DNA of 64,000 nucleotides, from positions 4,568 to 68,567 of the forward strand of contig CAWGAT010000036.1 of the NCBI GenBank assembly GCA_963820555.1, given 5' to 3'. The DNA comes from Candidatus Bathyarchaeota archaeon (GTDB taxonomy: Archaea; Thermoproteota; Bathyarchaeia; TCS64). The position numbers and the translations under genes are program-made. This document shows, piece after piece, positions 58,085-64,000 of this stretch. Numbering within the stretch: position 1 is the first letter of the stretch; each line of letters starts with the position of its first letter. The notes beneath the pieces are model-generated. The model had not been told where the DNA came from and did no database searches. It saw nothing but the letters and a program-made list of their open reading frames with translations.

Positions 58085-58150
58085 CATCTTCCTACGAGTC
58101 TTCAACCGAGATGATTGGGGCCTTTTTTCTTACGTGTGGCGATACTTATG

Positions 58151-58156
58151 AAAAAA
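58151..58156 (-). terminator. Oligo-T tract immediately after the dam stop codon
   Basis: The minus strand reads TAA-A-TTTTTT. Archaeal termination typically uses oligo-T. Confidence 0.3.
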
Positions 58157-58157
58157 T

Positions 58158-58964
58158 TTATTTTCCTATGTTAGTGACGATGATCTCCTTTATGGGGCCC
58201 CTGCCCGTGGTCTTCGTGTTTATGCTACGGTTGGCGTGGACAGTCGCGGTCTTGAAGCCCCTGTAGAGTTTTTTGACTGGCTCGCTGTTGCTGAGGACGA
58301 ATAAGACGCCGCGGGCGTCGAGTTTCCTGATCGTCTCGCTGAGTCGGACCTGTTCGGTCCAAGGGAAGCCGTCTGGGCTGTAGGTGTTGAAGTTGGAGGT
58401 GCGGCTCAGCGGCTCGTAGGGTGGGTCGAGGTAGATGATGTCCCCCTCGTGGGCGGCGTCGAGGAGGTAGGAGAAGTCCTCGTTCCTGATCTCGACGCAG
58501 CTCAGCGCCTCGCTGGCGGAGAGGATGTCCTCCTCGGGGACTATTGTGGGGTTCTTGTATGTGCCAAACGGGACGTTGAAGACACCCCTGCTGTTCACCC
58601 TGTATAGGCCGTTGTACCCAGTCTTGTTCAGGTAGAGGAGGAGGGCGGCGTCCTCCACTGGTTGTAGCCCGCCCTCGTTGAATCTGTCTCTAAGTTGGTA
58701 ATACGTGTCCCTGTCGTATGGGTACTTTAAGGCCTCTTCGATGAGTTGATCCGGTTCGTCCCTCACGACCCTGTAGAAGTTTATCAGGCGTGGGTTGACA
58801 TCGTTCACGGTCCCCCTCCTAGGCTTGACGGTGAAGAAGAGGGCGCCGCCGCCAAGGAATGGTTCGTGATATGCACGTTCCTCATAGTCGGGTGGGAAGG
58901 TGGCGAGGATAGCCTGTATCAGGCTCCTCTTCCCCCCGGCCCACTTCAGTATCGCCGTCATCAC
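58158..58964 (-). CDS. dam: DNA adenine methyltransferase (Dam/D12 class, N6-adenine)
   Basis: Intact 268 aa. LKWAGGKRSL, EPFLGGGALFF (FxGxG) and IIYLDPPY. Confidence 0.9.
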   Translation of the reverse strand: MMTAILKWAGGKRSLIQAILATFPPDYEERAYHEPFLGGGALFFTVKPRRGTVNDVNPRLINFYRVVRDEPDQLIEEALKYPYDRDTYYQLRDRFNEGGLQPVEDAALLLYLNKTGYNGLYRVNSRGVFNVPFGTYKNPTIVPEEDILSASEALSCVEIRNEDFSYLLDAAHEGDIIYLDPPYEPLSRTSNFNTYSPDGFPWTEQVRLSETIRKLDARGVLFVLSNSEPVKKLYRGFKTATVHANRSINTKTTGRGPIKEIIVTNIGK

Positions 58965-59311
58965 CCAGTTACCAGCTTCAAACCGTACTTCGTCAGTCGC
59001 TGAAAGTGGCGGTCCCCGGTTAATAGGGCTGAATCATTGGTCATCGCCGTAGCCGCGATTATAAGGTCAGCGTCTGGGATTGTCGCCCCAGCTTCCTTCA
59101 ATTGATTATAGATCGAGCTCACGAGGAGCACGACCTCGTTATCGATCCCGAATACCTCATAGTTTTGTTCAAGCAGCTCTTTAACGGCTCGTCTCTTACC
59201 TTCATCGACGCCGCGGAGAATCTCCAAGAGGGTGATCGTTGAAATGGCGCCCGCGTGGGTGGCGCCTCGCTGGATGTCATCGATCACTACATCGCTGTCA
59301 ATGAGGGTCAT
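58961..59311 (-). CDS. vapC: PIN-domain ribonuclease toxin VapC
   Basis: 116 aa. N-terminal LIDSDVVID. Acidic residues are spaced as in PIN domains, with a C-terminal LLTGDRHF. Confidence 0.85.
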   Translation of the reverse strand: MTLIDSDVVIDDIQRGATHAGAISTITLLEILRGVDEGKRRAVKELLEQNYEVFGIDNEVVLLVSSIYNQLKEAGATIPDADLIIAATAMTNDSALLTGDRHFQRLTKYGLKLVTG

Positions 59312-59535
59312 CGTAGCTCGAAGTGCTCCCTGAACTCCCTGCTAGCCTTCCTCATCTTCTCAATGTCCTCGTCCGTGAGTAGTTCCCTCAGCTTCTGGGA
59401 TGCGGTTATTCGGCGGGCCTCGTCTGCCTCGTTGTAGAGGTTCATGAGGTATTCCCCCCACTCCTTGTCGCCCTTCGCCTTCTCCAGGGTGGCCTTGACC
59501 TCCTTGGGGACCGAGATGGTCTGGTACTTGCTCAT
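59308..59535 (-). CDS. vapB: VapB-type antitoxin (archaeal PF02697-like)
   Basis: 75 aa, MSKYQTISVPKEVKATLEKAKGDKEWGEYLMNL. ATGA overlap with vapC. Confidence 0.65.
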   Translation of the reverse strand: MSKYQTISVPKEVKATLEKAKGDKEWGEYLMNLYNEADEARRITASQKLRELLTDEDIEKMRKASREFREHFELR

Positions 59536-59550
59536 GGCTCTGGGAATATT

Positions 59551-59573
59551 ATAGTTGTGTAACTATATAGTTA
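59551..59573 (-). promoter_or_regulatory. Operator-like repeats in the vapB promoter
   Basis: Perfect 14-bp palindrome TAACTATATAGTTA (59560-59573) plus an extra ATAGTT (59551-59556), 16-38 nt upstream of the vapB ATG. The A/T-rich core could double as the TATA box. Confidence 0.45.
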
Positions 59574-59632
59574 TATCGTTATTTTTGTAGTCGACGCGAT
59601 AGCCATAATTACATCCCCTTAATTTTGATCAC

Positions 59633-59896
59633 TTGATGAGACCACGTGTCCTAGTCGCGAGCATAGTCGTTGTTGCCATAGCGCTTCTAACCATGCTATG
59701 GGGTTCGACTTACTCCGTACCCGACCTAGTTAGGGTTGATTACGGGCTGCCGCTGAGGTGGGGCGCCAACACCCTAGACACGCTGGCGGGGCCGGTTGAC
59801 CGGTGGGCCGTGGACTTGATGTCGCTCGCCGTCGACCTCGTCTTCTGGTTCGCGACGCTGATCGTGGTTCAGTTTCTCGTCTCCAGGCGGGGCTAG
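59633..59896 (+). CDS. Small membrane protein, hypothetical
   Basis: 87-aa ORF (TTG start) with two hydrophobic segments. Confidence 0.3.
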   Translation: MMRPRVLVASIVVVAIALLTMLWGSTYSVPDLVRVDYGLPLRWGANTLDTLAGPVDRWAVDLMSLAVDLVFWFATLIVVQFLVSRRG

Positions 59897-59982
59897 GAGC
59901 TTTTCTCCCCTCTACCCCCTTATTCGGTAGTAACTCCAAGAAACGCGTGCCTATTCAAGGTTAGAGAAAAGGCGAGGCGGGG

Positions 59983-60879
59983 CTAGAAGATGTCCTTGCC
60001 ATCCATCGCAAGGAGCCTCGACCAGTTCTCCGTCGTGGCCTCCTGTATCGACGCGATCTCCTCATCTTTCAGGTGCCTGAACCTGCCCTGCATCTTGAGC
60101 GCCTCGGAGACGGGCTTCAGCTCCCTCGGCTTGTAGGTCAGCTTCATGTGGTGCCCGTCCAGTATCTCGTACAGGGGCCAGAGGCCCGACTCGACGGACA
60201 ACCTCGCGATCTTGATGGTGTCCTTTGGGTCTGTGCCCCAGCCCGTCGGGCAGGGGCTGAAGATGTGCATGTATCGGAAGCCCTTCAGCTCCTTGGCGTA
60301 AACGATCTTGGCGGTCAGGTCCTCGGGGTAGGCAACGGAGGCCGTAGCGACGTATGGCACATGGTGTAGGGCGAGTATCATGGGGACGTTCTTCTTCTCC
60401 GATGTCTTGCCCCTGCTCATCTTCGCGATGGGCGTCGTTGTGGTCTGCGCGTGCTCGGGCGTGGCGCTGCTGCGCTGCCCGCCCGTGTTCATGTACGCCT
60501 CGTTGTCGTACGTGAACCAGAAGACGTTCTCGTTCCTCTCCGCAGCCCCGGAGAGGCCCTGGAAACCTATGTCCACCGTCCCGCCGTCTCCGATGAGGCC
60601 GGCGACCACGATGTCCTCCCTGCCGATGATCTTGTAGCCCCTGGAGAGACCCGTCATGAAGGCCGCCGCGCCCTCGAATGCTGGGCCGAAGAAGCTGGGT
60701 ACGCGTATGTTCATGAAGCCCGGGGCGCATGAGGCCACCTCGACGCGTGCGGAGTTCCTGCCGAGCGCCTTGAACACGAGCCTGCCCACGATGGACCCGC
60801 CGCAGCCCTGGCACGCTGGGTTGCCCGGCCACATGACCTCCTCCTCACGGAGATCCCGTATGCTCATTTTCTTGCTCAT
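59983..60879 (-). CDS. porB: Pyruvate (2-oxoacid):ferredoxin oxidoreductase beta subunit
   Basis: Intact 298 aa. CQGCG and GDGG TPP-binding motif. Confidence 0.9.
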   Translation of the reverse strand: MSKKMSIRDLREEEVMWPGNPACQGCGGSIVGRLVFKALGRNSARVEVASCAPGFMNIRVPSFFGPAFEGAAAFMTGLSRGYKIIGREDIVVAGLIGDGGTVDIGFQGLSGAAERNENVFWFTYDNEAYMNTGGQRSSATPEHAQTTTTPIAKMSRGKTSEKKNVPMILALHHVPYVATASVAYPEDLTAKIVYAKELKGFRYMHIFSPCPTGWGTDPKDTIKIARLSVESGLWPLYEILDGHHMKLTYKPRELKPVSEALKMQGRFRHLKDEEIASIQEATTENWSRLLAMDGKDIF

Positions 60880-60890
60880 ACCATCAATCC

Positions 60891-62142
60891 CTAATCCAGC
60901 TTACGGGGGAGTCCGATCTTCTCGCCCCTGGCCACCTTCAGCGTCCTCTCCGCCGCCTTCTCTATATCACTTACCCTGACCTCCCTACCGGCGAGGCCAG
61001 CGTAGTAGCCGAGGACCTTCGGTTTCTCCTCCTGGTCATAGATGGCGCTCCTCACGGAGCCGTAGACGATGCCACCCTCCCCGAGGGATATGTTGCGGTC
61101 AATGACGCCGATGGCCTTGACCCTCTTGCCGATGTCTTTGAACTCCTCGTCTGGGAAGGGCCTGTAGGACTTGAGCTTGACGAGGCCGACGCGTTTTCCC
61201 TCCTTTCTCAGCTTGTCGATGGCGGCGCGTGAGGTGCTGGCGATTGTGCCCATGGCGACGATGACGGCCTCGGCGTCCTCGCAGCGGTACTCCTCGAGCA
61301 GGCCGCCGTAGCTCCTGCCGAAGAGCTTGCCGTACTCCTCGTCGACCTCCTTGATGACCTTCTTCGCCCTCATCATCGCCTCCTGGTGCGCCCTCCACCT
61401 CCACTGGAGGTCGTGGCCCTTCCCCCAGCTGATCATGGTGAGGTGGGAGAAGTTCTCGTCACCCGCGAAGGGTGTGAAGGGCTCGTTGATGCTCTTGCCC
61501 TGCTGCCAGTGCTTCTTGTACTCCTCCAAGCTCCGCGTCCCAGGTCTCGGGGAGGACGGGGTACTTGCTCTTGAATGGCTTGAGGAAGCCGTCGACCTTC
61601 TCCTGCTCGGGGATTGTGACGGGCTCGGCTGTGAAGCTGAGGACGTAGCCGTCGAGTGCGAAGGCGACGGGGAGGCGTACGCGGTCATCCTCGGCGATCT
61701 TGTACGCCATGATGCCCGTGTCGAGGACCTCCTGGTTGTTCTCGCAGTAGAGCTGTATCCAGCCCGTCTCCCTCTGCGCGAGGAGGTCGGTGTGGTCGGG
61801 CTGCATCGTCCTGACGCTCCTGTTGACGACCGCCATGACGACGGGTGCCCAGTAGCGCGCCGTGTGGTGCAGGGCGTGGGACATGTAGAGCAGCCCCTCG
61901 CCCGAGGTCGCCGTGAAGGCCCTCGCCCCGGCGATGGAGCCGGAGAGGCAGACGAGCTGCGCCGTGATCTCACCCTCCACGGTGACGAACTCCGCGGGGA
62001 GCTCACCGCTGGCAACGAAATCCGACAGGTACTCGACTATGGTGGTCTGGGGCGTGATTGGGTACGCCGCTATCAGGTTTGCCCTCGCGAGCTTGACGGC
62101 GTAGGCGACCGCCTTGTTACCGACCATGACTTCTGACTTCAT
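60891..62142 (-). CDS. porA: Pyruvate (2-oxoacid):ferredoxin oxidoreductase alpha subunit; one frame disruption near 61550
   Basis: ORF 61459..62142 (MKSEVMVGNKAVAYA...YPITPQT) joins the real C-terminal part of ORF 60891..62015 (from ...SLEEYKKHWQQGK to ...KIGLPRKLD). Confidence 0.9.
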
Positions 62143-62143
62143 C

Positions 62144-62505
62144 TCATTGCACCTCTTCCCTCTCCATCTTTATCGCGCCCACGAGGCACTCCTCGGAGCA
62201 GATGCCGCAGCCCTTGCAGTAGTCGTAGTTGATCTCCGCCTTGCCCTCGACCATGCTTATCGCCGTCTCGGGACAGTAGACCCAGCACCTCTTACACCCC
62301 ACGCACTTCACCTTGTCTATGACAGGGTGCGAGACTCTCCAATCCGAGACGACCCGGGAGTAGGAGATGAGCGGCTGCCGTGGACGCCCTCTTCACTATC
62401 TCGGCCTTCTTGAGGCCGGAGGCGTCTACAGGCGCGGAAGTCTCGCTTATAAGGCCCTCCGCATCGTCTCGACGTTCGACGCTACGATCCTGCTGGGCAG
62501 CTCAC
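62144..62505 (-). CDS. porD: Pyruvate (2-oxoacid):ferredoxin oxidoreductase delta subunit (2x[4Fe-4S]); at least two frame disruptions in the N-terminal half
   Basis: Own translation of the C-terminal ~80 aa: ...[70 protein letters not shown] 62505 overlaps the porG TGA. A PGSS motif lies in another frame. Confidence 0.7.
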
Positions 62506-62972
62506 TCTTGATCGGCCTCTTCGAGAGACTCGAGCTTAACTAGCCCCGTCGCCTTCGCGAACGCGCCGAGGATCGCGGTGTTGGTGATGGGTCTCCCTAT
62601 GACGTCGAGTGCTATCTTAGTTGCGTCGACGGTGGCGATCTTGAAGTTCCCGGCGAGACCCGTCTCCTTGTATGTGCCCGGGTAGTTAATGAGCACTAAA
62701 CCACCCTGCTTCAGGCCCTCCGTGACATCAACACTTCTGCTGAGGAGGGGGTCAAGGACCACGACGATATCAGGTTCGTGGACGAGGTCGCGTTCTCTGA
62801 TGCGTGTGTCGTCGATACGGCAGAAGGCAACGACTGGGGCTCCGCGCCTCTCGGTGCCATACATCGGTATGGCCTGCGTGTATTTGCCTTCAAGGTAAAT
62901 GGCTGATGCCAGAATCTTGACGGCAGTTACAGCGCCTTGCCCGCCTCTGCCGTGAAAACGTATCTCTATCAA
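62502..62972 (-). CDS. porG: Pyruvate (2-oxoacid):ferredoxin oxidoreductase gamma subunit
   Basis: Intact 156 aa. [17 protein letters not shown]... Confidence 0.9.
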
Positions 62973-63094
62973 CGTTGATTGACCTGTCAGTATGAGATAT
63001 TTTTTGTAGTTAAAAATTCTCTCAACTAGAACTTAGCTTTAAAGGTGGGTGAGCGCACGTCAATAACTCACCGATTAAAAAGTTGAGTGGGTTT

Positions 63095-64000
63095 CTACCC
63101 CAATCCCTCGATGAGCTTGTCGATGTCATCACGAGTGTTGTAGAAGTGGGAAGAAACGCGCATGTGGCCACCGTGGGCATCCCTCCCCGTAACCTTGATC
63201 TTCTGTTTCTTCAGCTTCTCGGCAAGTTTAACCGCCCTCTCCTGGGCGAAGCTCACGACGGGGGACTCATTCCCCTCCGGGGTCCAGATATCCTTACCCA
63301 GCTCGTCCAGTCTCTTGAAGAGGTACCCAGTGTTGTCGAGCACCCTTTTCTCCACATAGTCCATCCCGAGGCGGTTCAGGTACTTCAGCGACTCCTCGAG
63401 GGCGTAGACGCCCTGGAAGTTTATGGTGCCATACTCGAACTTCTCCGCCGTGTCAGCGGGGGTCGGCGCCTCCGCGTGGGCCCCCTCCCAGATTCTGGTT
63501 CTTCCACCCCGTCCTGTCAGGGGTCAGCTCCTCCACCGACTCGGAGTCGACATATAGGAAGGCGAGCCCCGCGGGACCCATCAAGTACTTGTAGGGGGCG
63601 ACTGAGACGTAGTCGGCCCCGTCGCGCTTGTAGTCGACCTTGATGGCACCTACGGCCTGTGTCGCGTCCACGAGCAGCTTCGCCCCGTGGACGTGGGCTA
63701 CGTCCGCCACCTCCGCGAGGTCCGCCCTGAAGCCGTTCACGTAGCTAACCTGACTAACCTGAACAAGCCTCGTCCTGTCGTCGACAAGTTTCTCCAAGTC
63801 GGAGACGTCGAACCGTCCCTCCCTCGGCTTCCACACCCTCGACTCGACGCCGGCGCGCCTCGTCGTGTATGTCTCAAGTGGGTTGTGCTCCCACTCGGGG
63901 AAGACGACGTTGTCCCCCTCCTTCCAATCGGTGCCGTTTATGACTATGTTGAGGCCGGAGCCCGTGCACATTGTGTAGGCTATCTCCCTCGGGGACGCGC
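63095..64000 (-). CDS. Class V aminotransferase/cysteine-desulfurase-like PLP enzyme; 5' end outside the window; one frame disruption near 63465
   Basis: ORF 63453..63971 (...VAPYKYLMGPAGLAFLY, with a PLP-Lys context) joins ORF 63095..63364. The frame is open to the window end. Confidence 0.8.

Noticed and set aside
59536-59982. A restriction endonuclease partner for the Dam methyltransferase in the flanking DNA
   Set aside because: The only ORF there is an 87-aa hydrophobic protein, and the other flank is the IS element. I found no nuclease motifs (PD-(D/E)xK, HNH) in any frame that I read.
60062-60832. 256-aa ORF overlapping porB in another frame, and similar ORFs at 22320..22733, 57140..57709, 45554..46207, 1885..2373 and 37492..38202
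   Set aside because: All overlap well-supported CDSs and translate to Arg/Pro/Gly-rich sequences with no recognisable domains.
1-64000. Programmed ribosomal frameshifting or recoding as the explanation for the many split genes
   Set aside because: The sites lack a common slippery heptamer or downstream structure. They occur in dozens of unrelated genes in both +1 and -1 directions, and many coincide with homopolymer runs. Sequencing error is far more parsimonious.

Overview
GC-rich archaeal chromosomal segment. Archaeal-type PheRS, TBP, NreA, SAMP/JAMM, four-subunit 2-oxoacid:ferredoxin oxidoreductase and ribosomal protein eS26 point to an archaeon, and eS26 suggests a TACK/Thermoproteota-like lineage. 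I did not name a species. The window is densely coding, with about 75 protein genes, one intron-bearing tRNA, one complete IS5-family element, and no rRNA or CRISPR. Content: a UbiD/TPP-enzyme pair; a GT2 glycosyltransferase; an SMC-like/kleisin-like/ScpB-like operon; a sulfur and Fe-S block (TusA, IscS-like, IscU); a redox block (FprA, TrxB, Trx, nitroreductases, FTR-like+rubredoxin, Grx); Prs, PurC, PurF; E1 alpha/beta; SAMP+JAMM; PheS/PheT; an amino-acid catabolic cluster (DapA-like, M20, HpcH, isochorismatase-like, ProC, D-aminoacylase, amine dehydrogenase); signal peptidase and TBP; a small mobile/accessory islet (IS5, Dam, VapBC); and porGDAB. Main caveat: by reading across frames I infer roughly 45 frame disruptions. 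Many sit in short homopolymers and hit essential single-copy genes (pheS, pheT, prs, purF, rnz, tbp, iscS, porA/D), so I treat them as assembly indels. I report merged loci with the ORF-track pieces named in the evidence. Most interesting non-standard signals: (1) a ~137-nt intergenic element present twice (27.9 kb, 46.7 kb) with compensatory base-pair changes, suggesting an undescribed structured RNA or leader; (2) a hinge-less ~690-aa SMC-like ATPase coupled to kleisin-like and tandem-WH genes; (3) a vapB-vapC-dam operon with overlapping stop/start codons and ATAGT/ACTAT repeats at both ends, next to an intact IS with a 4-bp target duplication; (4) an IscS-like gene lacking the PLP lysine, followed by IscU and a coupled 45-aa Cys-rich mini-ORF; (5) a tRNA carrying about 33 extra nt that I could not fold as one canonical intron.
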